Assembly (NCBI GenBank): GCA_963771325.1 | Contig: CAVYTJ010000004.1 | Span: 117,174-181,173, forward strand | Direction of reading: 5' to 3' | Origin: an uncultured delta proteobacterium | GTDB taxonomy: Bacteria; Desulfobacterota; Binatia; Binatales; Binataceae | DNA length: 64,000 nucleotides | Part shown: one piece after another, positions 52,454 through 61,915 of the stretch | How positions within the stretch are numbered: position 1 is the stretch's first letter | How the letters are laid out: every line of letters starts with the position of its first letter | Notes under the pieces: generated by a model | Databases searched by the model: none | Told to the model about the DNA's origin: nothing | The model's input: the letters and a program-made list of their open reading frames with translations, nothing else | Position numbers and translations under genes: made by a program

Positions 52454-55400
52454 TCAGCCGCCGCCGGCGGCGCGCTCGCCTTCGGATACGGACTCGCCTG
52501 GCGGCGCCGAGGCCGATTGTGGCCCCTTGCCCGACGATCGATGAGACAGCCGCTCGACGACCACGAAGAGGACGGGCACGAGGAAAATCGCGAAGCCGCT
52601 GGAGAACACCATCCCAACGATCGTGACCGTGCCGATCAGCTGCCGAGCCACCGCGCCCGCTCCTAGAGCTGACCAGAGCGGCATCAAACCGAAGATGAAC
52701 GCGAACGAGGTCATCAGGATTGGTCTAAGGCGCTGGCGCGCGCCGTTCAGCGCGGCGGTGACCAGCTCCTCGCCCTGCTCAAGCTCGGCCTTGGCGAACT
52801 CCACGATCAGGATCGCGTTTTTCGCCGAAAGACCGATCAACATGATAAGACCGATCTGCGCATAGATGTCGTTGTCGAAGTGCCGCGACCACAAGCCGAA
52901 GAACGCGCCGCAAACCGCGACCGGCACGCTGAGCAGTACACTGAACGGCAGCGACCAGCTTTCGTACAGCGCCGCGAGAATCAGAAACACCAGAATTAGC
53001 GACAGCGCGAACACGCCCGCGCCGCCGCCGGCCACCGATTGCTGGTACGAGATTCCGTTCCACGCATAGCCCATGTCACGCGGCAGAACCTGGTCGGCGA
53101 CCGCGGCGACCGCGCTCATCGCGTCGCCCGTGCTGTGGCCGGGTGCCGGAACGCCGAAAATCTCGATGCTGCGATACTCGTTGAAGCGCGTGGTAAATTC
53201 GGGGCCGAACGCCTTCTGCATATTGACCAGCGTCGAAAGCGGGACCATCGTGCCCGCGCTGTTGCGAACATAGAACTGTCCGACTTCAGTCGCCTTGGTT
53301 CGATATTCCGGCTCCGCCTCCACGAAAACTTTCCACACGCGCCCGAAGCGGTTGAACTGATTGACGTAGTAGCCGCCGAGCAGGGTCTGCAGCGCGCGAT
53401 AGACGGTGTCGATCGAAATCCCGAGCTTGAACACCTTGTCCTTGTCCACCGCCGCGAATAACTGCGGGACCGAAGGGCTGAAAGTGAAACGCATGCCCGC
53501 CATTTCGGGCCGCTTGCGCGCAGCGGCGAGAAACTTCTGCGTGTTCTGCCATAGGTAATCGACGTCGTGGCCGCCGCGGTCCTGGATGAAAAAGTCGATG
53601 CCGCTCGCCTGGCCGATTCCGGGAATCGCCGGCGGCAGGAACGCGAAGACTTGCGCATCCAGCAGCCCGGCGAGCTTGCGGTTCACCGAAGCAACGACCG
53701 ACATGGCATCCAATGCGACTGTCCGGCGTTCGGGAAAGGGCTTCAGCAGGCAGAAATAGACCGCATTTCGAGGACTCGTCGTCTGCGACAGAATACTGTA
53801 TCCGGCAATCCCGTTGGCGTAGAGCACTCCCGGTTCATGCTTCAGAATATCGTCGATCTTCCGCATCAGCGCGACCGTGCGCTGCAGCGAGGCCGCTTCC
53901 GGCAGCTCGACGTTGATTATGAAGTAGCCCTGGTCCTCGTCCGGCAGGAACGATTGCGAGAGCGCCCTCCCGATTCCTCCCGCCAGGATCGCGAAGCCCA
54001 CCAGGATCGCGAGCGCCAGCACGAACTTCCGGATGAGCAGGCCGGAGATGCTGACGTAGCCCTTTGTCACCCGCTCGAAGCCCGCGTTGAAGACCGCGAA
54101 GACGCGCGCGAGCGGTCCCCTGCGCGCAGTCGCGCCACTTTTCGGCCGTAATAGCAACGCGCCGAGCGCTGGGCTCAGCGTGAGCGCGTTGAAGGCCGAG
54201 ATGATCACGGAGAACGCGATCGTCAACGCAAACTGGCGGTAGAGCGAGCCCGTAATGCCCGCCATGAATGCGGCCGGAATGAAAACGGCGGAAAGTACCA
54301 GCGCAATCCCGACCAGTGCACCGCCCACCTCGTCCATCGCTTCGACCGCGGCCTCGCGGGGAGATTTTCCCTGCTCGATTTTCGCGCTGATCGCCTCGAC
54401 CACGACGATCGCGTCGTCGACCACCAGCCCGACCGCCAGCACCAGCCCCAGCAGCGAGAGCGTGTTGACCGAGAATCCGACCGCGGGAAAAAACATGAAA
54501 GCGCCCACCAGCGATACCGGGATGGTGAGGATCGGGATCAGCGTCGCCCGCCAGTTCTGCAGGAAGATGAAGACCACCAGCACCACCAGGCCGATCGCCT
54601 CGAGCAGCGTCTTGACAATTTCCCACGCGCCCTCGGTCACCGGCACGGTGGTGTCGAGCGTCAGCGTAACCGCCATGTCCCCCGGAAAGCGCTTCGCCAG
54701 CTCGGCCATCTTCGCCTTGGCTCGATTCGCGGCTTCGAGAGCGTTGGAGCCCGGGTTCTGGAAAAGCAGGAGCAGCGAGCTCGGCGCTCCATTCATGTAC
54801 GCCTGTTGATCGTAGCTCTCGGCACCGAGCTGGATCCGCGCGACGTCCTTGATCCGCACCAGCGAACCGTCGGGGTTGGCGCGCAGGATGACGTTGCCGA
54901 ACTCTTCGGCGGTCAAGAGCCGGCCCTGTGCGCGTACCGTGTAGGTGACCTGCTGGCCCGGCGGCGCCGGCTCGCCGCCGATCGTGCCGGCGGGGTTCAC
55001 GACGTTCTGCACCGAGATCGCGTTCGCGATGTCGTTGACGGTGAGCTGAAGCTTGGCCAACGAATCGGGCGCCACCCATATGCGCATCGCGTAGTTCGAC
55101 GCCCCGAAAACCTTGACCTGGCCGATGCCGGGGATGCGTGCAAGCTCATCCTCGATATTGATCGCGGTGTAGTTGGAAAGGAAGGTCTGGTCCCAGGTCC
55201 GATGCGGTGACGTGATTGCGAAGACCAGCAGGGGAAGTCCGACTGTCTGCTGGGTCGTCAGACCGTAGTTGCTCACGTCCGCGGGCAGGCTGGAGAGCGC
55301 CTGCGCGAGCCGGTTCTGGACCTGCACTTGGTCGAGGTCAACGTCGGTGCCGACGTCGAAGTTGACCTGCAAAGTCATGGTGCCGTCGTCGCCATTGATC

Positions 55401-55639
55401 GACTGCATGTAGATCATGTTCTTCGCGCCGTTGACCTGCTCCTCGATCGGAGTGGCGACTGACTGTTCAACGGTCAGCGCGTCGGCGCCAGTGTAGGTCG
55501 CCGTCGTCTGGATCTCGGGCGGCACGATCTCGGGGAACTGCGCGACCGGCAGCCGGAAGACCATCACGGCGCCGGCGATCACAAAAAAAATGGCGATGAC
55601 CATCGCCACGATGGGCCGGTTGATGAAGAACTTCGACAT
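52454..55639 (-). CDS. HAE1-family RND efflux permease (AcrB/MexF-like)
   Basis: FFINRPI, GLVVDDAIVVVE, SAKNAILIVEFA, RLRPILMTS. Confidence 0.95.
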   Translation of the reverse strand: MSKFFINRPIVAMVIAIFFVIAGAVMVFRLPVAQFPEIVPPEIQTTATYTGADALTVEQSVATPIEEQVNGAKNMIYMQSINGDDGTMTLQVNFDVGTDVDLDQVQVQNRLAQALSSLPADVSNYGLTTQQTVGLPLLVFAITSPHRTWDQTFLSNYTAINIEDELARIPGIGQVKVFGASNYAMRIWVAPDSLAKLQLTVNDIANAISVQNVVNPAGTIGGEPAPPGQQVTYTVRAQGRLLTAEEFGNVILRANPDGSLVRIKDVARIQLGAESYDQQAYMNGAPSSLLLLFQNPGSNALEAANRAKAKMAELAKRFPGDMAVTLTLDTTVPVTEGAWEIVKTLLEAIGLVVLVVFIFLQNWRATLIPILTIPVSLVGAFMFFPAVGFSVNTLSLLGLVLAVGLVVDDAIVVVEAISAKIEQGKSPREAAVEAMDEVGGALVGIALVLSAVFIPAAFMAGITGSLYRQFALTIAFSVIISAFNALTLSPALGALLLRPKSGATARRGPLARVFAVFNAGFERVTKGYVSISGLLIRKFVLALAILVGFAILAGGIGRALSQSFLPDEDQGYFIINVELPEAASLQRTVALMRKIDDILKHEPGVLYANGIAGYSILSQTTSPRNAVYFCLLKPFPERRTVALDAMSVVASVNRKLAGLLDAQVFAFLPPAIPGIGQASGIDFFIQDRGGHDVDYLWQNTQKFLAAARKRPEMAGMRFTFSPSVPQLFAAVDKDKVFKLGISIDTVYRALQTLLGGYYVNQFNRFGRVWKVFVEAEPEYRTKATEVGQFYVRNSAGTMVPLSTLVNMQKAFGPEFTTRFNEYRSIEIFGVPAPGHSTGDAMSAVAAVADQVLPRDMGYAWNGISYQQSVAGGGAGVFALSLILVFLILAALYESWSLPFSVLLSVPVAVCGAFFGLWSRHFDNDIYAQIGLIMLIGLSAKNAILIVEFAKAELEQGEELVTAALNGARQRLRPILMTSFAFIFGLMPLWSALGAGAVARQLIGTVTIVGMVFSSGFAIFLVPVLFVVVERLSHRSSGKGPQSASAPPGESVSEGERAAGGG

Positions 55640-55641
55640 CG

Positions 55642-56898
55642 CTACTGACCTTGGCGCGCCGGGCTCGCGGAAGCTGCGGGAGGTGCCAACGGCACGGACG
55701 GTTGCGCGGGGCCGGGAGCGCCTGCGCCGTCGGGCTCGGGGGTCGCCAGGCTCGGTTTCACTTCCATCCCGTCGGAAACTCTTTGCAAGCCCTCGGTGAC
55801 GACGCGCTCGCCGGGCTTCACCCCGTCTTCGATAATTCTGAGGCTGCCCACCTGCTTGCCGATCTTAACCGTGCGCAGGCTGACGCGGTTGTCAGCGCCG
55901 ACCACCGCGACTTGGTATTGCCCCTGCGTCTCGAGCACCGCGGCTTGCGGAATCAGCAGGGCGTCCCGCACGGTATCGGCAGCCGTACGGATCTTCGCGT
56001 ACAGACCCGGACGCAGAATGTAGTCCGGATTCGGAAAGATTCCCTGGATGAGGATCGTGCCGGTCTGCACGTTGACCTGCCGGTTGGCGACATAAAAATG
56101 CCCCCGATATTTGTAGGTGCCGCCGTCGGCAAGGATCATCTGAAGGTCAGGCTCGTCCTTCGCTCGCCCCTCCTCCTCGTGCTGCTTGATTTGCTCCGCG
56201 AAATGCAAGTACTCGCGCTCGCTTATCGGGAAGCTCACCTTGATTGGATCGAGTTGCGATTCCGTCGTGAGCAGCGTGGTAGGTGAAACGAGATCGCCGA
56301 CCTGCGCCTTGGCGATCCCTGCGATGCCATTGATCGGCGCCGCTACCTTGGTCCATTCCAGGTTGAGCTTCGTGGTCTCGACCGCGGCCTGATCCGCCTG
56401 CACCTGCGCCGCAGTCGCGCGGGTGGTTTGGTTTTGGTTATCGAATTCCTGCCGCGAAATTACCGCCTGCTTGTAGAGGACCGTGTAGCGGGCGAGATTA
56501 AGCTGGTTCTGCTTGAACTGTGCCTGCGCTTGAGCGAGATTTCCGAGCGCCTGATCGAGCGCGGCCTGATACTGGCGCGGATCGATCTCAAACAACAGTT
56601 GGCCGACCCGCACTGCATCGCCGTCCTTGTAGTTCTGCTTGAGGAGATAGCCGGATATCTTCGGGTAGATGTCGGCGTTCACGAAACCGACCGTCGTGCC
56701 GACCCACTCCGAGTAGAGCGGCACGTCCTTCTGGATGACCTCGGTCACGACGACCTCGGGCGGCGGCAGGGCCGTCACGGGCGCGGCCTTTTTGCAGGCC
56801 ATCGCGGCGAGCGCGAGCGCCATCGCAAAAGCGGCGACGGCGAGCGAAAAGATTTCCCGCGACCTCAGCCAGTTCTGGTGCGATCTCATAGAGACCAT
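55642..56898 (-). CDS. RND periplasmic adaptor (membrane fusion protein)
   Basis: Lipobox AMAC; ISGYL...GQLLFEIDP, APINGIAG, TGT...LRPG. Confidence 0.93.
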   Translation of the reverse strand: MVSMRSHQNWLRSREIFSLAVAAFAMALALAAMACKKAAPVTALPPPEVVVTEVIQKDVPLYSEWVGTTVGFVNADIYPKISGYLLKQNYKDGDAVRVGQLLFEIDPRQYQAALDQALGNLAQAQAQFKQNQLNLARYTVLYKQAVISRQEFDNQNQTTRATAAQVQADQAAVETTKLNLEWTKVAAPINGIAGIAKAQVGDLVSPTTLLTTESQLDPIKVSFPISEREYLHFAEQIKQHEEEGRAKDEPDLQMILADGGTYKYRGHFYVANRQVNVQTGTILIQGIFPNPDYILRPGLYAKIRTAADTVRDALLIPQAAVLETQGQYQVAVVGADNRVSLRTVKIGKQVGSLRIIEDGVKPGERVVTEGLQRVSDGMEVKPSLATPEPDGAGAPGPAQPSVPLAPPAASASPARQGQ

Positions 56899-57006
56899 CG
56901 ATTATGCTGAAATGCGCACCCTTGGGCGAGGACTCAAGACCTGGACGCGGACGCCTCGCCTTGTTCTCCTCGCAAGTGCTAGTAAAAGGAACGCGGAGGA
57001 TTCGCG

Positions 57007-57420
57007 ATGGTACTCAAGCTGAAAAAAACCGTCAAGCAACTGTGCGCCGAAGCTGAAAAAGAGATCCAGACCATAACCCCGCAGGAAGCGATCAAGCTCA
57101 AGGACGACCCCGGCGTCCTGCTGGTGGACATCCGCGATATCCGCGAACTCCAACGCGACGGCCGCGTACCCGGCGCGCTCCATGCGCCGCGCGGGATGCT
57201 GGAATTCTGGGTCGATCCGGAGAGCCCCTACTACAAGGACGTCTTCGGCTCGGGCAAGCGCTTCGTGTTCTTCTGCGCGGGCGGCCTGCGCTCGGCGCTG
57301 GCGACACAGGCGGTGCAGCAGATGGGACTCGAGCCGGTGTGTCATATCCGCGGCGGATTTCGCGCCTGGAAGGAAGGCGGCGGCGCGGTCGAGCCGATGC
57401 CCGAAAAGAAGCCGGAGTAA
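57007..57420 (+). CDS. Rhodanese-like single-domain protein
   Basis: GGAGG RBS; LVDIRDIREL...PRGMLEFW, FCAGGLRS, GGFRAW. Confidence 0.9.
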   Translation: MVLKLKKTVKQLCAEAEKEIQTITPQEAIKLKDDPGVLLVDIRDIRELQRDGRVPGALHAPRGMLEFWVDPESPYYKDVFGSGKRFVFFCAGGLRSALATQAVQQMGLEPVCHIRGGFRAWKEGGGAVEPMPEKKPE

Positions 57421-57716
57421 CCGCGGCAGCGGACGACGTCCAGCCTAGAGTCAAGCGGCGGTCGTTCAACAAGTCAAAGCAAAGCCGAGCACGAACCACG
57501 GAAGGAAGCTCGGCAAAGATTTGCCCACAAGCCCTGCCTCTTTTTGCGAAGATGAAAAACAGGCCGCAGAGAGCGCCTTTGTTGCTCTCAGCAACCTTTT
57601 CAACAGGATATGCTCAGCGTTGCCCACAGAGTCTCCCGGGCCATGGTGCCAGGTTAGAGGAGAGAAACGGCGCACACTGTAGTAGGGTCGCCGTCGGAGT
57701 TCGGGGGGACTCAGTT

Positions 57717-58046
57717 ATGCAAGACCAGATCGGGGGTAAAGGGAACCTCTTGGCCGGGGAGATGCTGCGCTACTTCGACGATATCTGCCCCGCGCTCGCG
57801 GCGCGTTGCGAGGCTGCGATCGTCGATCTGCCGCCGTTCGCTCGACGAGATGTAGCCGACCGTTTGCAGACGTTGATAACGCTCGCCAACGAGACCAACC
57901 GGGAGATTGCGGCCACTCGCTTCGCGGCCACCGGGGACCACGCCTTATCCGAGCTGCTGTTCGATCACGCGCTCGCTGCGATAGAGCATCTCAGCGAGAT
58001 CGCCCAGGCTCTGGGGCAGCGGATGGACGAGCTATTGAAGGCTTGA
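57717..58046 (+). CDS. Hypothetical helical protein (109 aa)
   Basis: GGGGGA RBS before ATG; helical amphipathic sequence. Confidence 0.6.
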   Translation: MQDQIGGKGNLLAGEMLRYFDDICPALAARCEAAIVDLPPFARRDVADRLQTLITLANETNREIAATRFAATGDHALSELLFDHALAAIEHLSEIAQALGQRMDELLKA

Positions 58047-58054
58047 TCGCGGCG

Positions 58055-58378
58055 TCAAAGGTCGACGTCTAGGTCACCGATTTGACCTATCTCCCAGCCG
58101 ATGCAGCCTCTAAGAATCTCGAAGAGGCGAGGGATGACATTCTCCTCGTCGTCGCAGCAAAGCATCGCCGACGAGCCATTCCCATGGTGCTCCATCGTCA
58201 GGGTCAGGTGGCGCGGCAACGCATTGCCCGCCTCATTCATCTCGACACCGGTCAGCACGCCTTCCTCTCCCATAGCCGAGGTATCTGCACGACTGTATGA
58301 GGCCGCCCATACCGGCGGCCAGTTGGAGAAGCCTTCCCACTTCATTTTTGGATGAATCCTGAGTTGCATGTCGCGCAT
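58055..58378 (-). CDS. Hypothetical protein (107 aa)
   Basis: AGGAG RBS; globular-looking sequence (HPKM...NWPPVW...GEEGVL...IGDLDVDL). Confidence 0.7.
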   Translation of the reverse strand: MRDMQLRIHPKMKWEGFSNWPPVWAASYSRADTSAMGEEGVLTGVEMNEAGNALPRHLTLTMEHHGNGSSAMLCCDDEENVIPRLFEILRGCIGWEIGQIGDLDVDL

Positions 58379-58854
58379 CGTCTCCTAAGCGCGATTATCC
58401 GCCGCCCAGGGCTGTGTGCAACGCCAGTGCGAAGCCACCAAGCATGGGCCGGCGCCGCGCCATCCACGTAGTCCACCGCGCAATGGGCCACATCGACGGT
58501 GGACGCCGCTCCGCTCCCCCCTGACGACCAAGCCTCCACCTGGAGACTCCGGGCCGGAACGCCTGAATGACTCCGGACGGCCGGCGAACGCGCGGCTCTA
58601 CATGACGGCCGGGTTGGGCGGCGTGGGCAGCGGGGGCGGACTTTTTGAGGTAGAAATTTTCAGAGGATCGCCTTCGCTCTCGCCCTTTTCAAATTCGGAT
58701 CGTGCGGATTTGACTCTGCCCTGGGACGAACTACATACTCCGCTCAAGCCTGAGGGCCTTAGGGATGAGCCGATGCGCGAAAAGAAGCCGGAGTAACTGC
58801 GAAGGGCACGTAAGTTCGATAGCAACCTGAGCCACTCAATCCCGGAGACGTGCG

Positions 58855-59826
58855 ATGACGACCGATGAACGAATTCAGCAGGCTGCGAAGAAATACCGCA
58901 ACTGGGGAAAATGGGGCAAAGATGACCAGCTCGGAACGCTGAACTACATCACGCCGGAGAAAATCATTCAGGCCGCACGCCTGGTGCGCGCGGGCCGCGT
59001 CATCTCATTGGCCTTGCCCTACGATTCCGCGGGGCCGCAGACCGGCGCATGGGGCAGGGTCAATCCGATTCACACTTTCGTGCTGACCGGCACCGATGCC
59101 GCCGCGGGCGTGCAACCGTTTCCGCATGGGATCGGCGCGGCCGACGACGCCGTCACGATGTTCCTTCAGTGCGGCACGCAATGGGACGCGCTCGCGCATA
59201 TATTCGACTACGGCAAGATGTGGAACGGACAGGACGCCGCCCGGGTCAGCGCGCGCGGGGCCGAGGTCAACGGAATCGAAAAGATGGCCGAGAAAATCGT
59301 CAGCCGCGGAGTCCTGCTCGATATCGCCCGCTTCAAGGGACTCGAAGCGCTGGTGCCGGGCTATCCGGTGACCGAACAGGACCTTATCGGCTGCGCCGCC
59401 GCCGAAGAGGTGAAAATCGGACGCGGCGACATCGTGCTGGTTCGCACGGGACAACTTGGTTACTGCAAGAAAAACGGATGGGGCACGTTTGCCGCCGGCG
59501 ACGCTCCGGGACTTTCCTTCAGCACCGCGGACTGGCTCTACCGCACCGAGATCGCCGGCATCGCGAGCGACACCTGGGGGCTCGAAGTGCGGCCCAACGA
59601 ACTGCCCGACGCTTTTCAACCGCTCCATCAGGTGATGATCCCCAATATCGGTTTGTTGGTGGGAGAGATTTTCGATCTCGAAAAGATCGCGGAAGATTGC
59701 GCCGCCGATAAAGTTTACGAGTTCATGTTCGTCGCTCCGCCGCTCCCGATAACGGGCGCGGTCGGCTCGCCGATAAACCCGCCAGGCAATCAAATGACCC
59801 CCAGGCAATCAAAAGAAAGGACCTGA
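58855..59826 (+). CDS. Cyclase-family (kynurenine formamidase/isatin hydrolase-like) metallohydrolase; probable natural stop at 59797
   Basis: NWGKWGKDDQLGTLN, QCGTQWDALAH, RGVLLD, GDIVLVRTG, GAVGSPINP; removing one base gives the typical NPQAIK* end. Confidence 0.88.
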   Translation: MTTDERIQQAAKKYRNWGKWGKDDQLGTLNYITPEKIIQAARLVRAGRVISLALPYDSAGPQTGAWGRVNPIHTFVLTGTDAAAGVQPFPHGIGAADDAVTMFLQCGTQWDALAHIFDYGKMWNGQDAARVSARGAEVNGIEKMAEKIVSRGVLLDIARFKGLEALVPGYPVTEQDLIGCAAAEEVKIGRGDIVLVRTGQLGYCKKNGWGTFAAGDAPGLSFSTADWLYRTEIAGIASDTWGLEVRPNELPDAFQPLHQVMIPNIGLLVGEIFDLEKIAEDCAADKVYEFMFVAPPLPITGAVGSPINPPGNQMTPRQSKERT

Positions 59827-59827
59827 C

Positions 59828-59953
59828 ATGGCAAGTCCGACAAATTGGTTAATTTTTGAGGCGGTGGTTCTGGTTCTGGTCGGAGTGGTAGCGCTGTTCG
59901 TCGCCCGCGCGGCCAACAAGCAGAGCAAGTTAACCGGAATCAACGGACAGTGA
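59828..59953 (+). CDS. 41-aa single-pass membrane peptide (not in ORF track)
   Basis: AAAGGA RBS; MASPTNWLIFEAVVLVLVGVVALFVARAANKQSKLTGINGQ*. Confidence 0.6.
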   Translation: MASPTNWLIFEAVVLVLVGVVALFVARAANKQSKLTGINGQ

Positions 59954-59970
59954 TCTACGATCGGGATTGA

Positions 59971-60579
59971 CTAGCCAGAAGCGCGGTCGAGCCGCCGGCG
60001 GAGAAGATCGATCATGCGATGCGCGATGATCGCCGGCGTGTCACCGCCCGGATGATACCAGACGTGCGACCAGTTGAGTCCGCCCATCAGCAGCAGCCGC
60101 AGGTAGCGGCGATCGGCGGGCTCGGGCAGCGCAAGCGCGTCAATCAAGTCACGAAAGCGGGCCTCGTACCGATCGCGTAGCTCGAGCAGCCGCTCGGCTA
60201 CCTTGCCGCCCTCGGGCGGCAGCACCCGAATCATCACCTGCGTGTAGTCGCTCAACTCGAGCAGCGCCTCCAGATGCGCGGTGCATCCGGCCTCCAGCCG
60301 CTCCCACGGAGTCTGCTGCCCGGCCACCGCCGCGTCGACGCGCTCCGCGATATGGCGCAGGCCCTCTTCGTAAACGGCCAGCAGCATCTCCTCCTTGGAG
60401 GGGAAGTGATAGTAGATGGAGCCCGAGAGCATCCCGACCTCGCGCGCGATGTCGCGCATCGAGGTGACATGGTAGCCGCGCTCGCGAAACAGGCGCGCGG
60501 CGACGTCAAGCAGTTGCTGGCGGCGATTGTCCTGTCGAGGAGCGCGGGTCGCGGAATTGGCGGGAGTCGAAGCGCTCAT
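59971..60579 (-). CDS. TetR family regulator (KstR2-like)
   Basis: AARLFRERGYHVTSMRDIAREVGMLSGSIYYHFPSKEE; GGLNW...WYHPGG C-terminus. Confidence 0.92.
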   Translation of the reverse strand: MSASTPANSATRAPRQDNRRQQLLDVAARLFRERGYHVTSMRDIAREVGMLSGSIYYHFPSKEEMLLAVYEEGLRHIAERVDAAVAGQQTPWERLEAGCTAHLEALLELSDYTQVMIRVLPPEGGKVAERLLELRDRYEARFRDLIDALALPEPADRRYLRLLLMGGLNWSHVWYHPGGDTPAIIAHRMIDLLRRRLDRASG

Positions 60580-60708
60580 CTATACGCCGGCTCTGCCGAC
60601 ATACGCCGGCTCCCCCGGTTCGGATGTGCCCAGCGATCGCGCCCAGTCCTTAACGCCCCGATGGTCCGTACCTGCCACTCTGAATCCGCCGGCTGCCGCC
60701 GCGCTCTG

Positions 60709-61734
60709 TCAGCCGGCTGCCGCCGCGCTCTGGTTGTAGCTGCGGCCGTCGGCGTTGGGATCGAACCCGAGATCGCTTAAGTGCGACTTGATTCGATCGT
60801 TGAGCAGGCCCACCTTGTCCATGTTGGCGACGACCTGCTGATGCATGTCGCGGCGGAAGAGTTGGCGGAACATCGCCTGCTCGGTGCCCTTCGCGGCCTC
60901 GAGCCGGTAGCGCTGGATCCCGTCAATCTCGGCCTTGTCGAAGCCCACCGCTTCGTAGGCGTCGCGCGGAAACTGGCCGCTCATCACCAGCCGCAGCGCT
61001 TCCTTGGTGAAGTCCTCGACCTCGTGGCGCTCGGTCTCGCTGAGCTGTTCGATCTGCTCGGGCAGGCTGATTACGGAGAAGCCCATGTGGCGCGACTCGT
61101 CGCTCAGAATTTTGCGGCAGATGACGCTGAGCAGCGGATCCTGCGCGCTCTCGGCGAGCATCCGGAACAGCGACACGGCGAGCGTTTCCGCGACCAGCTG
61201 CAGGCCGATGGTCTTGATGTACCACTTGCCGCTCCCGATCAGTTGATCGAACAGCGACTTTAAGTTGATGGTCATCGGATAGACCTTGTTGCCCAGCTTC
61301 TCCTTGAGGTAGCGCGCGAGCACTTCGGCGTGGCGCGCCTCGTCGACCACCTGCGTGGTCATGAAAAATTTCGAGTCGGTGGTCGGCACCATCTGAACCA
61401 GCTGGCTGCATGCGATCATCGCGCCCGACTCGCCGTGCAGAAGCTGCGAGAGCCGCCAGGCCGAGAATTCGATATTGAGTTCACGCCGCCGTTTCAGATC
61501 GAGTTTTTCCCAGTAGGGGCTGCCGTAGGCGTCGATCAGTCCGTCGTGGAATACGCCGCGATCCGGATCGACCGGCGCGCTCCAGTCGATGTCGCGCGAG
61601 ACGTTCCATTGGTCGCGCTTGGCGTTTTCGTACAGCCGGCGCATGTCGGGCGCATAGACCTCGTAGTCGCGCTGGTAAATGGTCTCGATGGAGCTCGGGA
61701 TCGCGTGCCACGTCTCGGTTGTCATCTGCGCCAT
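60709..61734 (-). CDS. Ferritin-like di-iron protein (AurF-like superfamily)
   Basis: AGGAG RBS; LHGE, DEARH, AETLA and DESRH carboxylate/His ligand set. Confidence 0.85.
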   Translation of the reverse strand: MAQMTTETWHAIPSSIETIYQRDYEVYAPDMRRLYENAKRDQWNVSRDIDWSAPVDPDRGVFHDGLIDAYGSPYWEKLDLKRRRELNIEFSAWRLSQLLHGESGAMIACSQLVQMVPTTDSKFFMTTQVVDEARHAEVLARYLKEKLGNKVYPMTINLKSLFDQLIGSGKWYIKTIGLQLVAETLAVSLFRMLAESAQDPLLSVICRKILSDESRHMGFSVISLPEQIEQLSETERHEVEDFTKEALRLVMSGQFPRDAYEAVGFDKAEIDGIQRYRLEAAKGTEQAMFRQLFRRDMHQQVVANMDKVGLLNDRIKSHLSDLGFDPNADGRSYNQSAAAAG

Positions 61735-61800
61735 GTTAGAAAACTCCTTGCTTGGATACGGGTCCGGACTTGAAAACGGGTCCGGGCATCCCGTTCGCTA

Positions 61801-61849
61801 AAGCAAACGCTTGTTTGCTTAAACTACGACGATGCCACCTTTGTGTCAA
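61801..61849 (-). promoter_or_regulatory. Sigma70 promoter with an adjacent TetR-type operator
   Basis: TTGACA (61849-61844), 17-bp spacer, TAGTTT, then perfect inverted repeat AAGCAAAC-N4-GTTTGCTT (61801-61820). Confidence 0.75.
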
Positions 61850-61915
61850 GCCTCGCGCCAGCCCTCTGTCCGCCCCGCCCCTCTTAGACCTTAAAGCACT
61901 GCAACTTCGGGCATG

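Larger units (their letters stand above)
57391..58797. mobile_element. ~1.35-kb insert bounded by a 31-bp direct repeat of the rhodanese 3' end (att-like)
   Basis: GAGCCGATGC(C/G)CGAAAAGAAGCCGGAGTAAC at 57391-57421 and 58767-58797; no integrase inside. Confidence 0.55.

Noticed and set aside
58416-58825. Integrase remnant at the right end of the insert
   Set aside because: The short ORFs there are low-complexity and show no tyrosine or serine recombinase motifs
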